From NCBI RefSeq assembly GCF_036365525.1, contig NC_090387.1:89941691-90005690 (forward strand): a stretch of DNA of 64,000 nt, written 5' to 3'. Position numbers and translations under genes: made by a program. Shown here piece by piece: positions 52,591 through 64,000 of this stretch (position 1 is its first letter; each line of letters begins with the position of its first letter). The stretch is from Heterodontus francisci. Lineage: Eukaryota. The notes under the pieces were generated by a model. The model worked only from the letters and a program-made list of their open reading frames with translations. It did no database searches and had not been told where the DNA came from.

Positions 52591-53059
52591 ATTAACATTT
52601 ATAGTTATTCATAGTTTACCTGGCTATTTTTACCAATTATCAAATAAAAGGTGGCACAGAAAGCAACATAAACGGCCGTCCTACACACTGCACGTGGTTT
52701 ATGTTGGGATGTGCAGCAGTCACTGAAGTTACCGCGGGAGGCATTGAGTATATCACTAAATTTATGGGCCGTAGAGCTTTAAATATTTCACAATTTCCTG
52801 GACTGCGGTTCGAAACATCTCTGCTGTCTTAGTTGAAGTGACATAGATCATTGCGGGGGAATGTAGGCACAGATCTCGCAATTTCCTGCCGTATCTTCTC
52901 TGGACAATTAACGCAAACCCTGCACAAACGAGTAACGGCTGGAATTATCCATTCTCGCCGTTTTCCGGAAAGTCTGCCTGTTTCCTGTCAGAGAACTCCG
53001 TGGAAATTGAAATCCACCATTTCCGGACTACTCCATGACCTTTTCATCACAGCTTTCCT

Positions 53060-55840
53060 TAATGTAGGAGGTCCTGAGGCAAGGCCAGTCCAGCTGCTGT
53101 GTGTAATGAATCCGGGTGGACAACCTGGCATCAGCCGAAGCATCGGAAATGGCAACGGCACGCCAAATCCTGCAGAATCCTTACTACCATCTGGGAGCTC
53201 GTGCCGCAATTGGAAGAGCTGTCCCACAGACTGGTCAAACAACAGCCTGACATAGTCATACTCTCAGAATCATATCTTACAGCCAATGCCCTGGACACCA
53301 CCATCACCATCCCTGGACATGCCCTGTCCCACCGGTAGGGCAGACCCAGCCGAGCTGGCAGCACAGTGGTATACATTCGGGCGGAGTGCCCTGGGAGTAA
53401 TCCTCAACATTGAATCCGGACCACATGAAGTCTCATGGCATCAGGTCAAACATGGGCATGGAAACCTACTGATTACCATCTGGCAGAAGCACTGAGGGCC
53501 CATCATCAACAGTACTTCGGCAGCACAACTATTGACTGAGCTGGCCGAGTCCTGAAGAACCTATCTGCCAGACTGGGCCTGTGGCAGGTGGTTTGGGAAC
53601 TAATAAGGGAGAAAAATCTGCTACAGTATGTCCTCATCAATCCACCAGTCGCAGATGCATCCATTACTGTATAGGTAGGATTGACCAGCACACAGTCCTT
53701 GTGAAGACGAAGTCCTGTCTCCACACACTGGATAACTTCTATTGTGTTGTGTGGCACTACAACCATACTAAATGGGATAGATTCAGAACACGTCAAGCAG
53801 CTCCAAACTGGGCATCCATGAGGCGCTGTGGACCATCAGCAGCAGGAGAGTTGTATTCAACCTCAATCTGTAACCTCATGGCCCAGCATATCCCTCATTT
53901 CACCATTACCAACAAGTCAAGGGATCAACACTGAAGAGTTTAGAGGGGCATGTCAGCAGCAGAACCAGGCATACCTAAAAGTAAGGTGTTAACCAGGTGA
54001 AGCTACAACACGGGACTACTTGCATACCAAACAGCAGAAGCAGCATGCAATAGGGCTAAGTGATCCCACAATTAACCAATGAAGTCAAAGATCTGCAGTC
54101 CTGCCACATCCAGTTGTGAATGGTAATGAATGGATACTTAAGCAGCTAACAGGAAGAGGAGGCTCCACAAATATCCCCATCCTCAATGATGGGGAGCCTA
54201 GAACATCAGTGCAAAACACAAGGTTGAAACATTTGCATCCCCGTTCAGCCAGAAGTGCCAAGTCGATGATCCATCTCGGCCTCCTGCTGAGGTCCCCAGT
54301 ATCACAGATACTCTACCTGGTATTAAAAAACAGCTGAAGGCGTTGGATGCTGCAAAGACTTTAGGTCCTGACAACATCCCGGCAATAGTACTGAAGACTT
54401 GTACTCCAGAACTAGCCCACGCCCGTAGCCAAGATTTTCCAGTCCAGCTACAAAAGTGGCATCTACCCGACAATGTGGAAAATTGCTGAGGTATGTCCTA
54501 TCCACAAAAAACAGGAAAGATCCAATACAGGCAATTACGGCCCCACGAACCTCTTTTCGATCATCAGCAATGTCATGAGAGGTGTCATTGACAGTGCTAT
54601 CAAACAGCACTTACACAGCAATAACTTGCTCACTGACGCTCAGTTTGGGTTCTATCAGGACTACCCGGCTCCTGACCTCATTACAGCCCTGGTCCAAGCA
54701 TGAACACAAGACCAAGGTGGAGGTGAGAGTGACTGCCTTTGACATTAAGGCAGTATTTGACTGAGTAATGCATCAAAGATCCCGCACAAAATTGAACTCA
54801 ACGGAAATCAAGGGGAAAACTCTCCACTGGTTGGAGTCACACCTATCACAAAGGAAGATGGTTGTGGTTGTTGGAGGCCAATCATCTCAACTCCAGGACA
54901 TCACTGCAGGAGTTCCTCAGAGTAGTGTCCTAGGCCCAACCATCTTCAGCTGCTTCGTCAATGACCTCCCTTCAATCATAAGGGGATATTCGCTGATGAT
55001 TGCACAATGTTCAGTACCATTCCACCAGACTCCTCAGATACTGAAGCAGCCCATGTGAGGGCTGGACAACATTCAGGCTTCGGCTGATAAGCGGCAAGTA
55101 ACATTCACATCACACAAGTGACAGACAATGATCATCTCCAACAAGAGAAAATCTAACCATCTCCCCTTCACATTCAACGGCATTATCATGTTGAATCATC
55201 CCACTATCAACATCCTGGGGGGGGGGGGGGGGGGGGGTTACCTTTGACCAGAAACTGAACTCGAACAGCCATATACTATGGCTACAAGAGCAGGTCAGAG
55301 ACTGGGAATTCTGCCTTGCGTAACTCACCTCCTGACTTCAAAAAGCCTGCCCGCCATTTGCAAAGCCCAAGTGTGATGAAATACTGTATGCTTGTCTGGA
55401 TGTGTGCGGCTCCACCAACATTCAAAAAGCTTGACACCATTCAGCACAAATTAGTCCACTCGACCAGCATCCCACCTGAAACAATCACTCCCTTCACAGT
55501 GGCAGCAGTATGCAACATTGTCAAGATGTACTGCAGCAACACACCAAGGCTTCTTCCACAGTACCTTTCAAACCAGTGACCTCTTCCTCTTAGAAAGACA
55601 GGGGAAGCAGTTGCATGGGAGTGCCACCATCTACACGTTCCCCTCCAAAGCACAAACCATCCGGCTTCGAACTGTATCGTTACTTCACTGTTGCTGGATG
55701 ACAACCCTTGAATTCCCTTCCTAACAAAACTGTGGGTGTACCCATACCGATGGCACCACCACCTTCTCAATGGCAATTAGGGGTAGGTAACAAATGCTGG
55801 CCTTCCCGGCAATGCCCACATCCCATGAAAGAATAAAAAA
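53060..55840 (+). mobile_element. Near-complete but decayed CR1/L2-group LINE (APE-RT)
   Basis: QQPDIVILSESYL, GPDNIPAIVLKTCTPELA, QFGF, FDIKAVFD, GVPQSSVLGP, FADD; 3' end cacatcccatgaaagaataaaaaa. Confidence 0.88.
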
Positions 55841-55869
55841 TATTGCGAGCGGCGCCCTCGTCTGGCGAA

Positions 55870-55876
55870 TATAAAA
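55870..55876 (+). promoter_or_regulatory. Candidate TATA box of the IgSF gene
   Basis: TATAAAA about 160 bp upstream of the leader ATG; not verified. Confidence 0.35.
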
Positions 55877-56030
55877 CTGTTTTAGCAAAGAGACAACAAA
55901 AATATTTTGTGAACCCATGGACAGGATGTTACGCTTCTTTGAGGTGTTTGCCATACTCCGAAACTTCGGCTTTGTTACAAACCATCAGCCAGTTCATAAT
56001 CTGTCGTTCCGAGTGATCAAGTGCTTCAGA

Positions 56031-56085
56031 ATGTTAGCGAGTGTTGTACTTCAGTGCCTCTCTGTTTTGGGGATCATATTCACAG
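56031..56085 (+). CDS. IgSF receptor exon 1: signal peptide MLASVVLQCLSVLGIIFT (phase 1)
   Basis: Hydrophobic leader ending ACAG|GTAACA; in-frame upstream ATGs (from 55917) are possible alternative starts. Confidence 0.8.
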
Positions 56086-56246
56086 GTAACAGTTCCCTCT
56101 ATACCTTACTTTCCCATTAAATCTGGTAGTTATTTAGCTTTCCTTTGATACAACATGTTTCATTTTCCTTTGTACATATTCCCTGATTCCCTTATTCTCG
56201 CTCTTTTCCTTCTGTAATACAATCTAATTATCATCTTTTCCGATAG

Positions 56247-56567
56247 CTTGCGGCGAAACTTCAGTCAAAGTGAATCAGTACCCTGAGAGTATGAGCATAA
56301 ACCTGGGAAGAAATGTTTCCTTTCGCTGCACGCTTCCCATGTTTCAAGACGGCCCACCTGTGAATGTCTACTGGTGGAAGGAGGGTAATAATCAATATCT
56401 AATCACAGGACAGGATGACAGAAAATTAATTAGCGTTAAGACTGGATTCAGCGGCGTTCTTTGGATAATCAATGTGAGTGTACAAGACGCAGGAGCATAC
56501 TATTGCACTGTCACTCATCGAGGCAAAATAGTTGGAAACGGAACGGGATCCAATTTAGTTGTAACGG
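56247..56567 (+). CDS. IgSF receptor exon 2: V-set domain with germline-joined J-like G strand
   Basis: ttttccgatag| ... |gtaagt, phase 1-1; C..W..DAGAYYC..GNGTGSNLVV. Confidence 0.93.
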
Positions 56568-57576
56568 GTAAGTATAAAAACAACGAATGAGATCCCTGTA
56601 ACTGTAATATTTCACCATTCGGAACATTTCTTGACTGTGCTTCGAAGGATTCACATCGCAAATTAAATTCCATTGTTTTAGCATGCATACATTCAAATTG
56701 CACCTGTGACGGCTGCAATTATTTTTTGATATGCTTCAGAATATTTCAGCAATATTGATCAAGCCAAGCATTATCTCTTAGTTGCTTGATTCCCAAAATA
56801 CACAGTAAACGGCATACAGAAAACTATTGAAGTTAAAATTGCAGTATCATTTACGGAGGTGTATATCTCGACAGTGTTAGATACTAGCGCGGATCTGCCG
56901 CTCTGAGCACAGATATTGCCCTATTTGAGATTTATTTTGTCTCCGTTACGAGCGACTGACTGTTTCTATCTGGATTCAGATTTCCGTAGCTCTAATTTAA
57001 TAATCTATATGTCAGGATCTTTGAAAGGGCATATTACTGACAGTTAAATTTCACATTCTGTAGCTTGATCCTCCCGTCCCATTTTTCTTCATGATTTTCA
57101 CCTGTAAATAAGGTATCATACTGGACCTTGGCACCAGTGTCCCTCTAGTTTGGTAAATTATATTTTCTCATCAGTTCTTATGTTCAACAGAGTTCGCAGC
57201 GGTACCGCGAAACAGGGGAGCAACGCAAATTACATCCCGTTCAATTTTCTTTCCCATTTGAATCGAAAATTGGGAGAGCTGTAAAACGGACGACCCACTC
57301 GCTATCATCCGTTTTTTTTTGCCCGGCGGTAACATTGCAATTACCGCCGAAATAATGGCGACACTCGTGAAAATCTGTTTGCGATGCAAATACTGACAGC
57401 GCAAAGTGTCACATCTCCTCACCGCACCCTCCACCCCCAGCCCCGACTCCCCTCCGCCTACCGACCCACCCGCGACCTCCTCCAGTGTAAAGTTCGAAAT
57501 GGGCTGAAACAAAACCTCCGGTTGTTCACCTTGATTGATGTCCCATTAACGTTATTTTCCTTCATTTGTTTTTTAG

Positions 57577-57885
57577 CTCCGCCAACTCCACTGAAAATTA
57601 AATCTCAGCAATCTGAGGATTCATCTGTTTCTCTGACTGTTGTGTGCGTGACATCTCCCTTTTATCCAGAGAGTATCAGCTTCACTTGGTATAAGGATGG
57701 CAACAAAACTACAACAGGGATAAATAACGTTATTGAACCTAATACCGACGGACTATATGAAGCCTCCAGCCGCTTGCAAGAGACGCAGTTTGTCCCGCCC
57801 GGAACTGTTTATACCTGCCTGGTCTCTCACAGTACCCTCCAAATATCAGCCATTGCCACTTACACTGTCACCTATCCCAGCACAG
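57577..57885 (+). CDS. IgSF receptor exon 3: C1-set domain
   Basis: ttttttag| ... |gtgaga, phase 1-1; VCVTSPFYPESISFTWYKDG, GLYEASSRL, YTCLVSHSTL. Confidence 0.93.
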
Positions 57886-57904
57886 GTGAGATTTCAGATA
57901 AAAT

Positions 57905-58900
57905 CGGAGAATCGTACAGCATCGAAAGAGGTCATTTGGCCCAGCGTGTCTGTACGGCGTCTTTGAAAGAGCTGTCCAGTTTAGTCCCTATAACTCTGCA
58001 AATTAGACCCCTTCAAGCAACATGTCCAATTGCCTTTTGAAAATTCTTGTATAAATTGCTTCCAACAACCTTTCAGTTAATGTATTCGGCATCTCAACAA
58101 CCCCCGTGAGAAAAGAATTTGCCTCAAAACCCCTCCAGTCTTTTTGCCAATAGTTTTAAACCTATGATTGCCGGCTATCCACCCATTCCTTCAGAAGAAT
58201 GTTGCTTCCTCCTTCATTCATTAAAACCCTTCATAATTTTGAATATTTCTCTTCGATGTCCCTTTAATTTTCTCTGTTCCAATGAGAGCAATCCTCGCTT
58301 CGCCAATATCTCCACGTAGCTGAAGGTCCTCCTCTCTGTTAAAGCCGGTAAATCTCGTCCTTGACATTCTTTTAAAATGCGGTGCCCAGCATTGTGCACA
58401 ATAATCTAACTGAGAACTAACCAGAGATGTGCAAAATTTAGCATGGCTTCCATGTTTTTGTATCCAATACCTCTATTCGCAAAACTAATTGTCGCACAAG
58501 CTTCCTTAACCCTACTTATTAACTTGCTCTGCCACCTTTAAAGATTTGTAAATATGCACCCCTATCTTCTCCTGATTTAGTATGCCCCTCAAAATAGCAC
58601 CATTTCCATTATACTACCTCTCCATGTTGTTTCACCCAAAGTGCACACTTCAGACTTATCCACATTGAATTGCACTTACCATTCGTCTGCCCATTTCCTC
58701 ACTGTATTTTCTCCTATAGTCTGCTACTACCTTCTCACCATTTACTACGTTACCAATTTTGCATCATTAACAATTTTCAAATTGTGCTCCCTATATCAAG
58801 TCCAGATCATTTACGCATATCAGGTAAAGTATTAGTCCTGATACTGATCCCTGAGGGAATCCCACTGCATATTTCTCTCCTTTCAAAAAATCCACTCTCT
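57905..58900 (-). mobile_element. Decayed CR1 3' portion in intron 3
   Basis: GLLSLEQRKLKG..EIFKIMKGF on the minus strand plus a CR1-type 3' UTR. Confidence 0.75.
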
Positions 58901-59019
58901 GCCACCTATCACTTAGCAAATTGCATACCCAAGGTACCTCGGTGCATCAAATCCAATATGTCATAGCTCAACATTCTTTTGTTTAATAAAACAGCACTGT
59001 TTACTAAATGATTTTAAAA

Positions 59020-59467
59020 ATGCATTTATATAACGATTTTTACGACCACTGGACATCTCAAAATGCTTTACAGCCAATGAAGTACTTCTGAAGTATATTC
59101 ATGGTTGTAATGTAAAAAACGCGATAGCCAATTTGTACACGGCAAGCTCCCACAAACAGCAATGTGATAATGACCAGATAATTTGTTTTGTGATGTTGAT
59201 TGTGGGATAAATATTGGCGAGCACACCAAGGATAACTGCCCTGCTCTTCTTTGAAATAGTACCATGAGCGTTTTTATATCCCCTTGAGAAGGCAGATAGG
59301 GGCTTGATTTAATATCACATCGATAAATCAGCACCTCCAGCAGTGCAGCACTCCCTCAGTACTACATTGGAGTGTCAGCCTTAATTTTGCTGCTCAAGCC
59401 CTAAAGTAGAACTTAAACCCAAACTTTATGACTCAGAGGCAAGAGTGCTACCAATTCATCCATGGCT
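59020..59467 (-). mobile_element. Deu-domain SINE (SacSINE1/AmnSINE1-like)
   Basis: Minus strand tRNA-like head, GAGGGAGTGCTGCACTG..GAGGTGC..ATGGTACTATTTCAAAGAAGAGCAGGG core, and an L2-like tail ending TATATAAATGCA. Confidence 0.8.
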
Positions 59468-59585
59468 GATGTCAACTGCAATAACTGACTGAAAAGATTT
59501 CGAATTCTCTATCTTTCAGGGTATTGTCATATTGAATTGAACAGCATACAGGTTCGGATTAATTTTTTTAATTTACATCTTTTAG

Positions 59586-59696
59586 GTGGAGAAAACAACC
59601 ATTACTTGCTGATTGCTGCATCTGCAGGGGGCGTGGTGGTATTATTGGTGATAGGTCTCATTATTGCCAAGCGATGTGTGGCAAAGAAAAACAATG
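59586..59696 (+). CDS. IgSF receptor exon 4: transmembrane (GGENNHYLLIAASAGGVVVLLVIGLIIAKRCVAKKNN)
   Basis: cttttag| ... |gtaag, phase 1-1; ~22 uncharged residues then basic stop-transfer residues. Missed by the ORF track. Confidence 0.88.
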
Positions 59697-59882
59697 GTAA
59701 GAAATAATTCAGTTTTCTTTTACTAAAGTTAACACAGCTTTCAAAGCGACATTAGTTAGCCTGTCCCACAGGAACACAGGTGATTTCTGAACACAAACGT
59801 TTTACTGGGATTTAAAATATATGGGACCCTACACAGGCACTCCAGGGTACCAGTGTAGGGGTGCATTCAAATTTCTGAAGTG

Positions 59883-60544
59883 GAGTAGAATTTTCGAAGG
59901 TCTTCAGTCACTGATAGAGCTTCGGGGTGGATTTCTCTGAGCCCCCTAGTGACTGGAACTGAGGCGGTGGCCATAAGATATCGAAGGAAGTCAGCGGATG
60001 GACTGCCCTGCACCTTCCGTCGCCATGTGTTTGTTCTGGGACACGAAAGGCCATCCTACCCAGAGGCTAATTGGGAAGATCCCAATTCAACAAGGTGACT
60101 CCCTGCAGTCTTGGGGCGGGGCTCCTCTGTGGGCGAAGTGTGGTCCACAGAGGGCCCCCAGTGGCAAAGGCCACCATGAACAGCCCCTCTCATCCTCAAT
60201 GCCCTACGTCCTTCCTCCCCCTCGGCAGGGCCTGCCGGACTAGTCCTGCTGACCCCCGCCACTTTTCCGGGCGTGTGGGGCTCCAGCGAACGTCCACTTG
60301 TAGTACCAGCAATGCTCATGGCTCCCAGTGGCCACTAATCTGCTAGCCGTTTGATTGGCTGATAGTTCTTTGGGGTGGGATCCCCGTTCTGAAAAGGACC
60401 GAAACCACAGCCCAGGCAGTTACTTGCCCGACTGTCATTAAATAGAGACGGAGTTGGGGGTGGGGGGTTCTCCAAAGGTCGAAGGCGAGGTTGCCCTCTT
60501 AGGCCCAGCGTCAGGACCCCTGCTCTTTCCACGAAATTCAGCGC
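59883..60544. mobile_element. Harbinger-type MITE (degenerate TIRs)
   Basis: gagtagaatttt ... gaaattcagcgc; GC-rich body resembling the other MITEs. Confidence 0.55.
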
Positions 60545-60842
60545 TCAGACTTAGTGGGTGCTTTTTTGAAAAATCTCCTTTCATTGCCTGTGATTTAACG
60601 CCATTCCGGTAATGAACATAAAAACTTATGTTGTATCCATGCGATTTTTCAATCAGACTCTCACTACTTCACTGGAATTTGAACGATCTTAATCCTATTG
60701 TCAAATGTGATCATAAACCAAGCAATTCTGAATAACAAATGTGATATCTAGGTCATATTATAATTTACATTGAATCTACTAGAAGTGTCTTGATAAGCCG
60801 AGTAAATATTAAGGTAAAGTCTTAAACTTCATTCATTACCAG

Positions 60843-60886
60843 GAGTGAAGAACGACGGTGAAAGATCCAGCTCTCCCGAACAGCAG
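60843..60886 (+). CDS. IgSF receptor exon 5: first cytoplasmic exon (GVKNDGERSSSPEQQ), phase 1-0; gene continues beyond the window
   Basis: ttcattaccag| ... cag|gtaggt; open in the correct phase; a purine-rich island in AT-rich intron. Confidence 0.7.
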
Positions 60887-61039
60887 GTAGGTTTTGATAA
60901 TTCGTGCTAATGTATTTCAAATGTAAATATAAATGTAACAAAGTTGTACTCTATTTAATGCAATAATCTGCGCGTTTAATTCCCTACTGCACAAATTCAG
61001 ACAAAATAGCACAGGCTGAATTCAGTGCTTATGCAACAG

Positions 61040-64000
61040 ACAATCTTGTATAAGCGCATAACTAGTAAAAGGCTGGTAAAAAGGACGAGTGGGGCCGATT
61101 AGGGCCCTAAAAGGGAATTTAAGCATGGAGGCAGAGGGCATCACTGAGGCACAAAATGTGTACTTTGCCTCAGTCTTTACCAAGGAAGAAGATGCTGCCA
61201 AAGTCATAGGGAAAGGGAGGTAGTTGAGACACTGGATGGGCTAAAATGGGCAAAGAAGAAGTATTAGATCAATTGGCTGTACTTAAAGTTGATAAGTCAC
61301 CAGGTCTGGATGAGATGCATCCAATGATATGTAAGGGTAGAAATTGCAGATGCATTGGCTATAATCTTCTAATCCTCCTTAGATATAGGTGTGGTTCCAG
61401 GGGACTGGAGAATAGGAAATAGAACAAAGAACAAAGAAAATTACAGCACTGGCAATGCGTTCCAGGCACCCACCACCCTCTGCGTAAAGAACTTTCCACG
61501 CACATCCCCCCTAACCTTTTCCCCTCTCACTTTGAACTCGTGGCCCCTAGTATTTAAATCCCCCACTCTGGGAAAAAACTTCTTGCTATCCACCCTGTCT
61601 ATACCTCTCATGATTTTGTACACCTCAATCAGATCCCCCCTCAACCTCCGTCTTTCTAATGAAAATAATCCTAATCTACTCAACCTCTCTTCATAGCTAG
61701 CGCCCTCCATACCAGGCAACATCCTGGTGAACCTTCTCTGCACCCTCTCCAAAGCATCTACATCCTTTTGGTAATGTGGCGACCAGAACTGCACGCAGTA
61801 TTCCAAATGTGGCCGAACCAAAGTCCTATACAACTGTAACATGACCTGCCAACTCTTGTACTCAATACCCCGTCCGATGAAGGAAAGCATGCCGTATGCC
61901 TTCTTGACCACTCTATTGACCTGCGTTGCCACCTTCAGGGAACAATGGACCTGAACACCCAAATCTCTCTGTACATCAAATTTCCCCAGGACTTTTCCAT
62001 TTATTGTATAGTTCACTCTTGAATTGGATCTTCAAAAATGCATCACCTCGCATTTGCCCGGATTGAACTCCATCTGCCATTTCTCTGCCCAACTCTCCAG
62101 TCCATCTATATTCTGCTGTATTCTCTGACAGTCCCCTTCACTATCTGCTACTCCACCAATCTCAGTGTCGTCTGCAAACTTGCTAATCAGACCACCTATA
62201 CTTTCCTCCAAATCATTAATGTATATCACAAACAATAGTGGTCCCAGCACGGATCCCTGTGGAACAGCACTGGTCACATGTCTCCATTTTGAGAAACTCC
62301 TTTCCACTGCTACTCTCTGTCTCCTGTTGCCCAGCCAGTTCTTTATCCATCTAGCTAGTACACCTTGGACGGCATGCGACTTCACTTTCTCCATCAGCCT
62401 GCCATGGGGAACCTTATCAAACGCCTTACTGAAGTCCATGTATATGACATCTACAGCCCTTCCCTCATCAATCAACTTTGTCACTTCCTCAAAGAATTCT
62501 ATTAAGTTGGTAAGACATGACCTTCCCTGCACAACACCATGTTGCCTATCACTGATAAGCCCATGTTCTTCCAAATGGGAATAGATCCTATCCCTCAGTA
62601 TCTTCTCCAGCAGTTTCCCTACTGGTCTATAATTACCTGGATTATCCCTGCTACCCTTCTTAAACAAGGGGACAACATTAGCAATTCTCCAGTCCTCCGG
62701 GACCTCACCCGTGTTTAAGGATGCTGCAAAGATATCTGTTAAGGCCCCAGCTATTTCCTCTCTCGTTTCCCTCAGTAACCTGGGATAGATCCCATCTGGA
62801 CCTGGGGACTTGTTCACCTTAATGCCTTTTAGAATACCCAACACTTCCTCCCTCCTTATGCCGACTTGACCTAGAGTAATCAAACATCTGTCCCTAACCT
62901 CAACATCCGTCATGTCCCTCTCCTCGGTGAATACTGATGCAAAGTACTCGTTTAGAATCTCACCCATTTTCTCTGACTCCACGCATAACTTTCCTCCTTT
63001 GTCCTTGAGTGGGCCAATCCTTTCTCTAGTTACCCTCTTGCTCCTTATATATGAATAAAAGGCTTTGGTATTTTCCTTAACCCTGTTTGCGAAAGATATT
63101 TCATGACCCCTTTTAGTCCTCTTAATTCCTCGTTTCAGATTGGTCCTACATTCCCGATATTCTTTCAAAGCTTCGTCTTTCTTCAGCCGCCTAGACCTTA
63201 TGTATGCTTCCTTTTTCCTCTTAGCTAGTCTCACAATTTGATCTGTCATCCATGGTTCCCTAATCTTGCCATTTCTATACCTCATTTTCACAGGAACATG
63301 TCTCTCCTGCACGCTAATCAACCTCTCTTTAAAAGCCTCCCACATATCAAATGTGGATTTACCTTCAAACAGCTGCTCCCAATCTACATTCCCCAGCTCC
63401 TGCCGAATTTTGGTAGAGTTGGCCTTCCCCCAATTTAGCACTCTTCCTTTAGGACCACTCTCGTCTTTGTCCAAATGTTACACTATTGTTCAAAAATGTA
63501 TGTCAGGACAAGTCCAGCAACTGCAGGCCAGTCAGTTTAACTTCGGCAGCAGGAATGCTTTTAGAAACGATGATTCAGGACGAAATTAATAGTGACTTAG
63601 TCAAGTGTGGTGTAAGTAAGGAAAGTCAGCACGGATTTGTTAAGGGCAAATCGTGTATCACTAACTTGGTTGAGGTTTTTTTTTGATGAGGTAACAGGCA
63701 AGGTTGATGAGGGTAATGCAACTGACGTGCTGTACATGGACTTCCAAAAGGCCTTTGATATTGTGCCATATAACAAAGTTAGATCCATGGAATAAACGGG
63801 ACAGTAGCAACATGGATACGAAAATAGCTGAGTGACAGAAAGCAGAGAACAGCTGTGAACAGTTTCTTTTGGACTGGAGAAAGACTGGATTCCCAAGGGT
63901 TGGTGTTGGGACCTCTGCTTTTCTTGACACATATTACAGAGCTAGACTTGGTTGTACAAGGAGCAATTTCAAACTTTTCAGTGACATAAAACTTGGAATG
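61040..64000 (+). mobile_element. Old CR1 (pieces 61040-61420 and 63473-64000) split by a younger CR1
   Basis: VPGDWRI | NVTLLF..RPVSLTS..QHGFVKGKSC continuity across the insertion. Confidence 0.82.
61421..63472 (-). mobile_element. Young 5'-truncated CR1, same family as 13955-18280, TSD AAAT
   Basis: 480-aa and 191-aa ORFs nearly identical to 16066-18100; (TTCTTTG)n tail; aaat at 61417-61420 and 63473-63476. Confidence 0.95.

Noticed and set aside
56507-56513. Cryptic RSS heptamer after YYC in the V exon (CACTGTC)
   Set aside because: As a reverse heptamer the essential CAC is broken, I saw no properly spaced nonamer, and V and J are already contiguous.
57384-58040. 218-aa ORF as a single-exon or secreted protein
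   Set aside because: Only 57577-57885 is bounded by splice sites and Ig-like; the extensions are intron and CR1 3' UTR read-through.

Overview
Vertebrate genomic DNA, most likely from a shark or other cartilaginous fish. The evidence is HE1/V-SINEs, a SacSINE1-like Deu-SINE, abundant CR1/HER1-type LINEs and shark-type Penelope-like repeats. 1-~24.9 kb is a diverged 28-bp satellite (consensus GAGATTGTATACTAGTTCACCAGGGAGT, an imperfect palindrome). It is invaded by CR1 LINEs, one of them near full length, and contains a block duplication that carried a dead CR1 with it. ~25-55.8 kb is a nested transposon graveyard: CR1, RTE, hAT, Harbinger plus MITEs, a solo LTR, and Penelope-like repeats with minimal hammerhead ribozyme cores. 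It also holds a decayed provirus (LTR-PBS(Arg)-gag-deleted pol-env-PPT-LTR, minus strand) whose env looks like a paramyxovirus-F-type fusogen rather than a gamma/beta-retroviral Env. From 56.0 kb is the only host gene seen, an intact spliced Ig-superfamily receptor with leader, germline-joined VJ domain, C1 domain, uncharged TM and a first cytoplasmic exon; it runs off the window. All calls come from reading the sequence by eye, no searches were run, and boundaries of decayed elements are approximate.
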